Below are positions 52,520 to 64,000 of a stretch of DNA of 64,000 nucleotides, piece by piece. This stretch comes from Vicugna vicugna (Eukaryota). The notes beneath the pieces are model-generated. The model did no database searches, was not told the DNA's origin, and worked only from the letters and a program-made list of their open reading frames with translations. The position numbers and the translations under genes were made by a program. Each line of letters starts with the position of its first letter. Position 1 is the stretch's first letter. The stretch lies in assembly GCA_013265495.1 (NCBI GenBank), contig MU058645.1, positions 186,001-250,000 of the forward strand, read 5' to 3'.

Positions 52520-54090
52520 GGCTGTCACTTGTCTGAGACTCTTTTCATTTCGAAGGGGACGTTTACTGGACATGGAATCCTGGGGTGGTGGGTTTTGTTG
52601 TTGTTTCCAGAGCTTTGAAATGCTGTTGACATCACTGTTTCTCTAGACGCAGGGTTTCTTTTTCCCTCTGTTGGTCTCAGATTTTCCCTTTGGCTTTGGT
52701 TTTCAGTGGTTGGAGTAGGGAGGACCCAGGTGGCCTTCTCCGTCTCTCCATGCTTGGGGTTGCTGAGGTTTTCAAACTTTAGGAGGGTGTTTTTCATCAG
52801 TTTTGGGGAATACTTACCCTTTATACCTTTAAATACTTTTTCTGCTTCATTCTTTCCATCTTCTTCTGGACCTTGAATGGCATGCACACTGGATTGTTTA
52901 AGATAACCCCACAAATCTCTGAGGCTCTCTTCATTGCTTCACAATCTGTTCTCTTTCCTTTCTTGGGCTTAGATGTTGTCTATAAGTCAGTCTTCAAGGT
53001 CCGTGACTATTTCTTCGGCCATCTCCAGCTCAGTGTTAAGCCCATTCAGTGATTTTTCTCTGTACTTACTGAACTTTTAATCTTTAGATTTGGCATTTGA
53101 TTATTTCAAACACTTTCATTTCTCTGATGACATTTCTCATTTACTCCTTAAGACTATCTCTTTCTTTAATTTTCTGACTCTATTGTAGTGGTTGTTTTAT
53201 GGTCTTCACCTGACTCATCTCACGGCTGCTTTTGATTTTGTCCTCTGCTTTCATTCTTCACTTGGGACATGTGTATTATAAGCAAACGTACATGACGCCT
53301 TTTGCTGGACATTGTGGATGATGTTTTAGAGACTCTGGAGTTTGTTACCTTCCTCTGAAGAGTGTTGCTTTTCTGCTTTAGTGGGTCGTTAGTTTGCTTA
53401 CTGACTGCTCTCCTTGAACTTGTGAGGACTTGCTTTTGTACTTTGTCAGGGAGGATCCATGGAAGAGCCAAGGCATTGCTACCGCCTTTAGCGTCGCGAG
53501 ATTTCAGCTCCGACCTCTCTCTTCCCTCTGGGTCTTCATGTTTATGAGACAGGTCTAGACTAGGTCGACTTGAAATGAGCTTCTTTCTCCCAAGACATGG
53601 CCTGATGGTATTTCAGCTGAACGTTCCTGGTATTACTGAGAGGTTAGTGACTTCTGTCCACCCTGGTGAGGCCAGAAGGCCAGCATTCCTTACCGCTACC
53701 TGAACTCGAGTGCTTCTGTCCTGCTCAGCCTGCAGCAGCCAAGCTCTGCTAAGCCTCTGGTATTTTGCCTTGTACATGTGCAACCAAGACCTCAGGCAAG
53801 AATTTGTGGGGTCCCCACCTATACACCTCCCTCTGCTCACCCCTGACCTGCCTCCTCAGCTTGTGGCATGCTGGGCTCTGCCTGGGCGCCAGCTCATTGC
53901 ATTATGTTTGGGAAAGTAGCCTCAGGCAGCGAGCGAGGCTAATTGAGAGGCTCACACAAGACAGTCCCTTCATTTCATGGGATTTTACTCATATATTGCC
54001 TCTGTCCATTGACGGAAACTGTTGCCTCATGTATTTTGCAGAGTTGCAGTCTAATCTTTAGGGGGAGGGCTAGACCAGTCTCTGTTCCAT
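52520..54090 (-). mobile_element. Old L1 ORF1 / 5' region
   Basis: ORF 52525-52914 (-) contains an L1 ORF1p-like EAEKVFKGIKGKYSPKLMK and HPRIPCPVNVPFE; 5' UTR-like sequence follows. Confidence 0.8.
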
Positions 54091-55443
54091 TCTCATTATG
54101 ATTTGTTGTACTCCATAAACCCAGATTATTTCAGTAAGATAACAAACAGAAGTAAAAAGAATGTCTACAAAAAGGAGTTAATGCAATTACCATTAATTTT
54201 GAATAGTAATATTGTTTTGCCCATAAATCAAAAAAGTCTACCAAAATAATAATAGAATATTTTAACTGGCTGATTACAGAATAAATATACAAAATTAATA
54301 GGCTTCCCATATGCAGTCAAAGACATCTGGAAATATAGTGTTAATTAAGAAGAGCCATTCATAGTCACAATGAGAAGTCTAAATTAAGCACCATCAAATC
54401 CGAACCAGTGTTGAGGATTTGTTTACAAAAATAATATAAGCCTTTTTAGAGAAAATAGGAAAATAGTTGAGAAAATTGAATAGAGAAATCAATATTCTAT
54501 CCAGTTATACTCTCTTTGATAGCAGCCAGTGTATCTGAGGTTCCTTCTATAGATATTTCCAACCCCTCATGTATTTCTACCTATAATTTAATTAAATGAG
54601 ACCAAATATCATATTAGAACTCACAGAGCTCTATTCCCCCAACAGTATTTACTTTTATATCAATACATTTGTATTATCTCAAAAATGATGAGTAGGATTC
54701 TAATGTGTGTATATATACAATAACTTATTTAACCAACCCTCATTGATAACTGTTTTAATAGTTGTTGATTTTTAACATAACAGACCTCAGGGATGCAATG
54801 ATGGTAGTCAGCAATATTGCTTACCGAAGGTTTTTGACTTTTTCTCATTCTGTGTGCAGAATGCCATTGCCCGGCCCCACTGGCAGGGTGGGTGAGGTGA
54901 GTTGTTAGTGGGAATGCTATCTGTCACTTTTAGGCTACAGAATTTTATATTTTTATATTTATTCTCAGTTTACATTTCTCAAGAGTAGCTTTTCCTTCTG
55001 CTGTGGAGGTAACAACGTTTGGGATTAGGAGCTTGGAGTGTGGACACGTGAAGCAGAGTCCCCATCTACCAACAATGTCCATACAACACGAGCAAAGTGT
55101 AAACTTTGTCATTTTTAAGACACTAAGATGTTTTCTGTCTGTTCCTGCAGCCTGGTCTCTAGAGTCAGCTCTATTTCAGCTGATACCCACATTAATCCAT
55201 TTATTTGTTCACTAAGCCAAATATCTCTTTAGAGTAAATACTTGGAATTGAATTCTGGATCAGAGGCTGCATTTCTTTTATATTTTGATACACGTTGTCA
55301 AATTATCTTTTTAAAAGGATACATGATAAAAATTATTTATGCATAGGTACCAATATTGGAAGTTCCCCAGGAAAAAAAGATTTTTAAAAAATGAATCATT
55401 ATTAAAAGTTATATTTTAGAAATGGAGGCAAATTTTTTTTTAG

Positions 55444-55820
55444 CATTTGATATATGGAGATGATGTAATCTAACAAGCTAAGACTGCTCTGGTTGGCAAT
55501 TTCATGAAACAGACAGAGGACTACAGGTCCCAATGGATGGATGGAAAATGGTTCATTCAAAGGTTATTTCATGTTGAGGAAAATCTCATAAATTACAAGA
55601 ACAAAGATCATTTACTATTGATGGACAGATACTCCAGAGGTTTTGACTGAAACAAAAATGTGAACAAATGGCATCTCAACAGCAAGCAGGTGATACCAAG
55701 AGGTCTTTTCAAGAGTCCTAACACATCACAATTTCTTTCTTTGTCTGCAGATGCTATAAAAGAAAGTCTTGCTTGGAAAATGATTTTTACCATTACCTGA
55801 AGATAACTAAAGACTTTAAT
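55444..55820 (+). pseudogene. Pseudo-exon, RGS-like
   Basis: ttttttttag|HLIYGDDVI*QAKTALVGNFMKQTEDYRSQW...QRLFHVEENLINYK...GLFKSPNTSQFLSLSADAIKES, shift to LENDFYHYLKITKDFN|gtaaat; 118 codons with 2 stops. Confidence 0.6.
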
Positions 55821-56303
55821 GTAAATCAAAAATATCTGTATTTATTATTATGTGATATCTCATTTTTTTACCAATTTTAAGTAAATGCATAATTTATGTT
55901 CTAAGATTGGAAAGAAAATATTATGGAAATGTATTCATTACACTTACATCATTAAATATGTAATATTTAATGTTTTTCTCATCAGCAGGTAGGTATGTAT
56001 ATATTTTACTGTTATAAAAGTTAATCCATTCTTTAATTAAACAATATATCTGTAGTAGAAAAATGTGTTCTAAAACATAAATGCTTATAAATTTATTTTT
56101 CCCATACCTAAAGTTTCATATTGTTTATTACACCATAAGTACTAAGATATAATTTTCCATTATTACATATAATCATATATTATATATCTATTATATTTAT
56201 AACATGTTAAATTAATCTTTATGGATAATCTAAAAAGCAAAGGGTGAGAGAGAATAAATAGATTCATAAAAAAATTCAGATACCAAAAATGAGAATCATC
56301 AGA

Positions 56304-57330
56304 TGTAGTGGGCTGAATGGTGTTTCCAAAAAATATGACTTCCTAGTTCCTGCACCCCATGACTGCTTCTTCACATGGTAAAAAAAAACTTTTAAATGTA
56401 ATTAAGGATTTTGAGATGAGTTTATCCTGGATTACCAGGGTGGGCCCTAAATGCATTCATAGCTTTTTTCTCCCAGCTTTATTGAAATATGATTGACAAG
56501 TAAAAATTGTATATATTTAAGTTGTACAACATGATGTGTGTTTTTTAAGGTGTACAATGTCCATGACTTGATATACATGTATATATACAGTGAAATGATT
56601 TTCACAATCAAGTTGATTAACACATCCATCACTTCACTTAGTTAACTTCTTTTCGTGAGTATTGTGAGGATATTTAAATCTCTTCTTTTAGCATTTTATA
56701 TATGCAATATAATGTTATCAACTACAGTCACCATACTGTGCTTTACACACACAGAACTTATTCATCTTATAACTGAATCATCATATCCCTGGACAACATC
56801 TCTTCCCTTTTCTTCACCTTCCTCCTGCCTCTGGCAACCACCATTCTATGCTCTTGTTCTATTAGCTCAGCTTTTTTAGATTCTACATATAGATCAGATC
56901 ATGCAGTATTTGCCTTTTTATGTCTGGCTTATTTTACTTAGCATAATGGCATCTAGGTTTATCCATGTTGTCACAAATGGTAGATTTTTAAAGGATGTAT
57001 AATATTCCAGGGTCCTTATGAGTGACAGGTGATGGTAGCTTAGACAGTCACAAGAGAGAAGAAGGGTAAGTGAAGGTGGAGGCTGAGCTGTGGGGGATGC
57101 AGACAGGAGTCAAGGAACACCTCCATCCCCCAGCAGATGCAGGAGGTGAGGAAGGGCTCTCCCCCAGGGCCTGACAAGAAAGAGAGCATGGCCCTGTGGA
57201 CACCTGCTTCTGACTCGGTGAAATTGATTTCAGATGTCTGGTCTCCAGAAGCATGAGAAAATAAACTTCTGTTGTGTTAAGGTACCAAGTTTGTGATGGT
57301 TTATTACTGTATCCCCAGAAAACTGACACA
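56304..57330 (+). mobile_element. MLT1C/D MaLR LTR split by an antisense L1MA fragment (56464-57008)
   Basis: tgtagtgggctgaatgg...gtgggccctaaatgca [L1 antisense 3' end] gtccttatgag...aataaacttctgttgtgttaag...aactgacaca; flanks tcaga/tcagg. Confidence 0.88.
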
Positions 57331-58438
57331 TCAGGGAAATAAAAACTGAGAATCCCTTTCTTGAAGAAGCTTAGTTGTGCCTATTGACAGAAAAACGAGA
57401 ACCCAAAACTCAGACAGTGAGTGGTCTTGGGACACTTTAGTTCAGAGAACCATACACAAACTCAGGCTGAGAAGCAGAGATACTCAGCCTCTGCCCTTTT
57501 CCTGTAACCCCTTCACCCAGGATGGGCCAAGCAATAGAAACAAAAGCGAATGAAGTGATAGGCTCTGGGTCTGAGCAGTGAGCGTGGGCACCTGAGCAGG
57601 AACTCCACAGAAGATGGGGAGCACAGCTGGCAGCGCCCTCATCCTGAAAACTAGCCACTGATGCAGCCTCTGGCCACCTGTGATCATGGGGGCCAGCTGT
57701 ACTACGTGTAATAGAAGTGCCAAGTATTAAGGAGAAGTTCCAGTTGCTGAGATGAATGCACAGTCAGAAATTCATAATCATTGGAAGATAAGAGAAACAT
57801 AAAAAATAGAGAATCCTAAAAACTAGCCAACAGAGAAAAGTAAAAAATATTAAAGACAAACATTTTTGAAATGTAAAATTAATACCCTTTGATATCAAGA
57901 AGCATAGAAGCAGTCTAGGTTGATATTAACTGAAACAGAGCTGTTGTAGCATTAAAACGCACTTTAATAATTGCAGGGAAAATCTTTCCTCATCTCTCTT
58001 TTTTATAATCCCCTTATTTTACTGTTTAAATATACACTTCAAAATTATTTTATTAAGTTATCAAAATAGCTACATTGAATTATAATCATCTATTGTCATG
58101 TTTATTTTTTTTCTTAAAATACTTTCAGGTTGCCATTTTTCCACTACAATCTGTATTTCAATCTGTCCACATTATTCTGTTTCCTCTAGTATTATCTAAT
58201 TCTTTGCTGTTCCTCCCCTCAGCATGTCCCAAAATGAAATGAATTCATTTATAGTCAAATCATTCTAACTTTTATGGTAACATTGTATCCATGTTGATAT
58301 AGAAACAGGCCAAACTTGTAGAAATTTACTGACAATTATTCAGAATGAATACCCTGAAAACATTTGTAACTGAAAGGCCGATATTAGTATCATTCATATT
58401 TGATAATGTATTAAATTTATTTTAAAAAAAGGAAATAT

Positions 58439-58716
58439 TAAAAAGACACAGATGAACTTATTTACAAAACAGAAACAGATGCACAGACAGAAAAAAAACT
58501 TATGGTTACTAGGATTTGCAGACACTAACTACTATATATGAAATAGATAAACAAGTTTCTTTTGTATAGCACAGGGAACTATATTCAATATCTTGTAGTA
58601 ACATGTAATAAAAAAGAATATGAAAATGAATATATACATATTTGTATATGTATGATTGAAACATTATGCTGTAACCAGAAATTGATATAACATTGTAAAC
58701 TGATCTATACTTCAAT
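58439..58716 (+). mobile_element. Camelid-type L1 3' end
   Basis: gacacagatgaacttatttacaaaacagaaacag...tatagcacagggaactatattcaatatcttgta...; TSD aaaaaaggaaatat/aaaaatggaaatat. Confidence 0.9.
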
Positions 58717-59201
58717 AAAAATGGAAATATACATATTAATTTATAATATTTCAATATTAATTACATAAAATATTGATTTATAGTAATTCAGCTTTGATTA
58801 AAATCCAAAATGTATACTTTAAAGTTGAAGCATTTTTCATCTTAAAATAAAAAATATTTTTGTAATATAATCTATTAACAATATTTATGCTTTCACAGTG
58901 GGAAATGCAGAAATTATGGAATGCTAGACATTTTTATGTAAGTGGTTTATTCTAAATTTTATTTAAATCTCTACAAGAATATCTGTCAGTCTATCTGCTT
59001 ATATACTCAAGACTTTAAAAGTCAATTCTGTATCTGCTATGTCTTCTGTGAAGTGAGCCCCCACTTCAGTAGTCTCCCAAGCCAATAATGGAAGCTGGCT
59101 CAGACTTAGAAGTAAGAGAAGAGTAAAGAGGACAGAGAAGGAAAAAGAGAAGAAGAGAGTTTGAAAAGGGGGTCAATATGACAAAATCAGTGTGTTTCCA
59201 G

Positions 59202-59467
59202 AGGAGCACTGTCATGTGAAAAAAATGTAGCAGAGATGCCTTCACCCTTTAAAATGACTATCTAAATTGGCACTGTTCTTTGCTGAAGAACTCATAAAAG
59301 TGAAGGTAGCAAAAACTAATCTAGGTCAAATGGGTCTTGGTAGAAATATTTTTAAAAAGTATACGGTTGTCAGATATTTTTGGGCAAATTTATATCTGCA
59401 AGTTTTGATGCAGGGGAAATTTGATTTGATGAAATAACCGTCCCCAAAGAACACAGTGGCAGAAACT
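59202..59467 (+). pseudogene. Pseudo-exon, RGS-like
   Basis: tgtgtttccag| ...LSKLALFFAEELIKVKVAKTNLGQMGLGRNIFKKY...KFDLMK*PSPKNTVAET|gtaatt; 59 open codons (59258-59434). Confidence 0.55.
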
Positions 59468-59869
59468 GTAATTGGTAAAAGTTCAATATGGCCAAGATTG
59501 GCAAGAGGGGAGACCAGTGAAGGCAGTTGAAGTTGGTCCAGAGACAGATGGTGGTAAATGAGGGTGTTGTTAGTAAAAGATGGAAAGCTGTAAACAGAAT
59601 TGAGAGATTTCTTTAAGGTAGAAACTCAAGGAGTTCATGATGGAATAGATGCCGAGGATAAGGAAGGGAGAAACCCTTGGGTAGATGATTGGGTGGACGA
59701 TGGTGCCATTGAGGAAACACCGGCATTAATGGGGTATAGTTTGCTATTTTCACTTTGGCTATTTTTATTTTTGTTTCTTTTGTTTGGAGTCAGAGAAAAG
59801 AGTTCTAAAAAACAGGGATTAACTGTCATCTCTTAAGTGACTAGAGAATAGATGTATAATTTAGTGAGT

Positions 59870-60900
59870 ATTTCTCAGACAGTTGTTTGATTTCTTTCAT
59901 GATGGATAAAATAAGAACTTTACATTTCACATAAAAATAAGGCTTTTAAATTAAAGAGTTAAATGTAAAAAGTGAAAATATAATAGAGTGAAAATGCATT
60001 TTGTTGCATAAACATGTAAAGGAGAACTTGAAAAACCAAACTTCATGAACATTAAAGTTCTATGTATTTAAAAAGAATATAAATGTAAAGCAAACACAAA
60101 TTGTCAAAAATTATAACATATGTGTGTATATATAATTTTTAACAGGAAAAGATTAGGGCATGAACATATAATATAAAAGAAATACTACAATGGCTGAAAA
60201 TATGTAAAAATATTTAACCAGATGGATAATTTTAAAAAGCAGAGAATAAAATTCCACTTTACCATTTATCAAAATATTTTCAGTGGTAATATCAAGCATT
60301 TGAAAGACATATAGAAAAGACATATTTGTATGGTTTCCAGGGCAGATGGTGTGCAGTGTAAATTGGTACAACTCCTGTGGGACAATTAATAGTATTTACT
60401 AAAAGCTTTCAAATTATTACTAATGATTTCTGTTTCTTAAAATTTATCCTAAGGAAATATTAAGGAGCTATGCAAATATTTTGCTACACATAAGTTAAAC
60501 ATAATCTTATTCAGAATTTTTATAAAATAGAAACAAAACAATGCAATAATGTAAGGTTGCTCAAATAATTTTATCTTTATGATTGACTAGAAAACAGTCA
60601 TTAAAAAATGTACTTGAGGCACATATTAAAAATTTGAGAAAGCTTTCATAGATTATAAGTTCTTTTGTAGAGAAAAATAAATCTCATTTTCTTAAAAATA
60701 GTGAATATATTATATGTATTATAAAAGTACTAGAAGATATTGCCTCAAATTTTAAGATGGGATGAACACAAAACAAATAGTAGTATGAAAAAAAAGCAAA
60801 AGATAATTGGTTTTCCATGTGTAACTAAACCATGACTTGTAGTTTCTTCTTAATACTATGTTATCCAAATTTTCCAAAATAATGTGATTTTTTTTTAGTT
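59870..60900 (+). mobile_element. Highly degraded L1ME fragment
   Basis: A-rich; gtgtaaattggtacaactcctgtgggacaatt...aatttatcctaaggaaata. Confidence 0.6.
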
Positions 60901-60949
60901 TTTTCTAAATGTGAATGATGATTTCTATAGGAATTTTTTTGTCTAGCAG

Positions 60950-61158
60950 ATGCCTATTCTGAAAAGTAGGATAATTTCTAAAAATGTGGTATTCCCAAAA
61001 ATACTGGAAGGAGGATTTTTTTCCTTGCTTAAAATGTTTGCAAGTCTCCAACCTGATTCCTGGAATAGGTGTTTAGGACTGTGTTTATCTTCCAATTGAC
61101 CCCAGTCACTGCTGTTGGAAGATAGTTATTGGATCCTTTACCTAGAATTTAGCTTATG
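60950..61158 (+). pseudogene. Pseudo-exon, RGS-like C-terminal helix
   Basis: gtctagcag|MPILKSRIISKNVVFPKILEGGFFSLLKMF...SSN*PQSLLLEDSYWILYLEFSL|gtaact; one stop in 69 codons. Confidence 0.5.
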
Positions 61159-61599
61159 GTAACTTTACATTTTTGAATAAAATATAAAGGGTCATTATTA
61201 TTAACCAGTACACAGAAATATATTTTCATTATTCATGCTGAAATTAGAAGTTCTTAAAGCAATTTTCCTTCAAAAAGACAAATGAATTTTGACCACTCCT
61301 GTCTGTAGAGTCATCGCTGAGATGAACATTATAGCACACGTGCTGGAGAAGCACTCCATACTGTCTTTGTCAGAGCAGTCTCCATTGTCAGAGCAGACCT
61401 CCCGCTCTGCTCTGTGACCTTGGAAAAGTTACTAAACCAATCCTTTCAGTCCACAGTCCTCGCTCAATAAGAGCTACCTGGAGTTGCTCTTTATTTTATT
61501 TCAAAAACACTTATATGATACTTATTAGGTCCAGATCTTGTTTGAAACCCTCTCCAACTATTACTTCAATTAATGCTCGTAACAACTCTCTGATATAAC

Positions 61600-62118
61600 T
61601 GAGGTGGGAAGCCCCATGAAAAAGACCAGCAGGACCCCCAGGCAGGGCCACTACTCTCCTGCCAGCACCATCTGGTTCCCTGGCCCCCGGGGGCATTATC
61701 TCGCTTTTGGCCTCTGAAATGGCTAGCTTCTAGGAAAGTGGAACTTATCCCTAAGATTCTATTGGTTCCCTGAGCTAACTCCTGATTGGTCCATTTGTAG
61801 TGCCTTATTTGCATGGAGCTCACTCCTGATTGGTCCATTTCTATCACTCCTGATTGAGCCATTTCTACAAAGCTCATTCCTGATTAGTCAACTTTGTTAT
61901 TTGCCTATGATGTTGCAAAGTCTAGACTGGCGGCCTATAAAAGCCTGTGCAAACCTACAGATGGGGTCCAGAGCTTGGAATGTTAACTCCTCTGGGCCCT
62001 CTGGTGTAATAAACCTGATTTCTCCAACCCTCTGAGTATCTCTTGGTCTCTTGCCTGGATCCAGGTTGTTGTCACAACTGAGCTGTAACACTGAGCTGTA
62101 ACACACTTAGCTGCAACA
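61600..62118 (+). mobile_element. Young solo ERV1 LTR with CCAAT-box repeats, inserted in a MIR
   Basis: TG...CA, 4-bp TSD taac (61596-61599, 62119-62122), repeated ctcctgattggtccattt, TATAAAA 61936, AATAAA 62008, gagctgtaaca repeats. Confidence 0.92.
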
Positions 62119-62449
62119 TAACTACTATTATTATGTACAAGTTTACAGATGAAGAAAGTGAGAATGAGAAAACAAGAAAGATAGGTGGTGTGCCCACAGT
62201 CCCACACCGAGGGAGAAGCCTTGTTGCTGTGACACAAAGTACACAGTAACCCAGTCTACAGGGGAAATGAAATTCAGGAAAGACATCACCAAGAAATCAT
62301 CCTTCACTTGAGAATAAAAAGTGAATATATTTTCCTAGAAGGAAGGAATCTGAGGCAGATTAGGCACATAAAACAGAATTATCATTAGGGAAAAACGCCC
62401 TTTTCTTTTTTTATACTACATTCTTTGTTCTATCTTATCTTTTTCATGA

Positions 62450-62760
62450 CCAAATATGAATAGACTACAATTTCTTTCCGGTTGCATCCATTTTCATATC
62501 TCAGAAGCCCTTTAAACTCAGGATGTTGAAAATTACAATTATTATGAGGACCAGTGACCTCCCCTCCAAATCAGTCTCTTCCTGTGTTTCACACTTTATA
62601 TCTGTCTCTGTGAACAGCACCACCGTCTGCTGTGATCCCCAAGCCAGAAAGCAAGTGGCGTTATCCTTAACTTTTCTCCAGCCTTCACCTTCTACATCCA
62701 GTCAGTCAACCAGGACCTACTGATTCTACCTCCTAAATGCCCCTCCAGTCCATCCACTTT
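62450..62760 (+). mobile_element. L2 fragment
   Basis: ctctgtgaacagcaccaccgtc...caagccagaaag...catccagtcagtcaaccaggacctactgattctacctcctaaatg. Confidence 0.75.
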
Positions 62761-63088
62761 GATCAAGTTTGAGAGCGACCGCCTGGTCTAATTGTTATAG
62801 ATGGTGATGAAGAGTGACTCAGGCTCTTGCCGAGCGACCTTGACATCCTGCAATGAGCCGGCAGCTCACCTTGGAGGAAATGCTTCTGTGCTGGTCCTAA
62901 CGCACAGATCCTCCAGTCTCGGGCTCTGCTGAAATGTGTGTCTCTTTAGGAATAGAATGGTTTTAATTACTTGAAATATTCCATTTTTACCTCAAAGAGG
63001 TGCGATGGTCATTTCATTGCCTAACAAGTTATATTAATTTCTATGCATAATGATCTCCTAGGGTTTCCTTTACTTTTGATCTCTGTAG

Positions 63089-63262
63089 ATTGTACTGAAT
63101 ATTTCTCCAAATGATAACTTACAGCCAATTACTTCAAGACCAGCCCAGGCCAACTTCTTTTTTGATCAACTTTATTTCTAATGAAGACTGGAAAGAAATG
63201 TGCTGTCTAGTTTGTTAGAAGTATCTTTGCTTAGAATACTCAGTGGAAGTTCACTCCACTGA
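63089..63262 (+). pseudogene. Pseudo-exon, RGS-like C-terminal half (possible last coding exon)
   Basis: ttttgatctctgtag|IVLNISPNDNLQPITSRPAQANFFFDQLYF**RLERNVLSSLLEVSLLRILSGSSLH*. Confidence 0.5.
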
Positions 63263-64000
63263 GCCTCAGAGGGCAGCAAATCAATCTTTCGAGGCTCCTA
63301 CTGGTTTGGCTTGTTGGGGATACGCATGCTGCTTCTTGTTTTCCTGAATCTTGCCTGACGGCTCCAGCTGCCCAGTGATCCAAAAGGGAAGAACGCGAGG
63401 AGGAGGTCGGAGCCAGGCTACGCCAAGGTCTGCATCAGGCATAGCTGCAGCTGCAGGCAACTTTCCACCCCTGAACCCTGGCCACAGAGCACCCCCTGGA
63501 TGTGAAATCAGACTGATTAGCTCTGAGTCCAAGTATTCCGTTGCCCTGAATTGACATCTGCCGTTTTTGGGATGACAGTACACCTGGGCTCAACGACGTG
63601 AGTTCTGAAGAGAAAACCACTAGCCTACCCTTCTCTGACAACCAGACTGCATCCTCGTCCCTCCCCAGATCCTGCTGCGGAGGGTTCTTCCAGGTCAGTG
63701 CATAACCCGAAATGACCTGCTGCAAATTCCACAGGCACATTTGTCTTAATGCAGTCCCTCCCAGCACTGCAGCAGCTGGCCTTCATTTGCATCCCAAATT
63801 TACCTTCCTTTCTGTTTCTTGAATCTAGCCCTGCTTCTCTTTAAGGACTTGGTTGTTAAAGACTGAAGTTGCTGGACACGTATTTTAAATTTATATGAGA
63901 GCTCCTTAAGAAAACACTTTCTGCTTGCCAGAGCTTCAGGAGGGCAGAGCTCTCCCATGCAGCCTTGTCCAGATCTTCTCCTTCGCTCCTGAGCTTTATG

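Larger units (their letters stand above)
27478..63262 (+). pseudogene. Candidate decayed multi-exon gene encoding several RGS-like domains (RGS22/RGSL1-type unitary pseudogene)
   Basis: More than a dozen colinear + strand blocks in non-repeat DNA, many with AG/GT boundaries and few stops, translating to RGS-like motifs (LVSF*QAIE, LLWHAV, FATAQE, GRNIFKKY, LLEDSYW, INCFI..GAALPLK, FFDQLY..RLE). Family call made by eye. Confidence 0.65.

Noticed and set aside
52525..52914. 129-aa ORF
   Set aside because: Degenerate L1 ORF1p, not a host gene.
61779..61890. Regularly spaced short direct repeats (CRISPR-like)
   Set aside because: Eukaryotic DNA; these are LTR U3 enhancer repeats with short, irregular spacers and no cas genes.
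63281..63767. Minus-strand ORFs of 100 and 110 aa
   Set aside because: Non-ATG starts, overlapping frames and no recognisable homology.

Overview
Mammalian genomic DNA, most likely camelid: it has a tRNA-Ala-derived Vic-1-type SINE and artiodactyl-type L1 3' tails, and I saw no Alu, Bov-B/Bov-tA or PRE1. Roughly half the window is transposon fossil: L1 (including two twin-primed inverted insertions with TSDs), L2, CR1, MIR, MLT1, several solo LTRs, and a MER34-type ERV1 provirus with a Leu-tRNA PBS and pol/env remnants. No intact protein-coding gene is visible. The main observation is in the unique sequence between the repeats, about 27.5-63.3 kb. It holds a colinear series of + strand exon-like blocks with AG/GT boundaries, nearly open frames and, by eye, RGS-domain motifs of the RGS22/RGSL1 type. 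These are broken by nonsense codons and frameshifts, making this a candidate decayed multi-RGS-domain gene (unitary pseudogene). Upstream lie orphan CpG islands (22.8-25.4 kb) and strong - strand splice sites suggesting a divergent non-coding transcript. All family assignments come from visual comparison with remembered consensus sequences, not from searches; most repeat boundaries are approximate.
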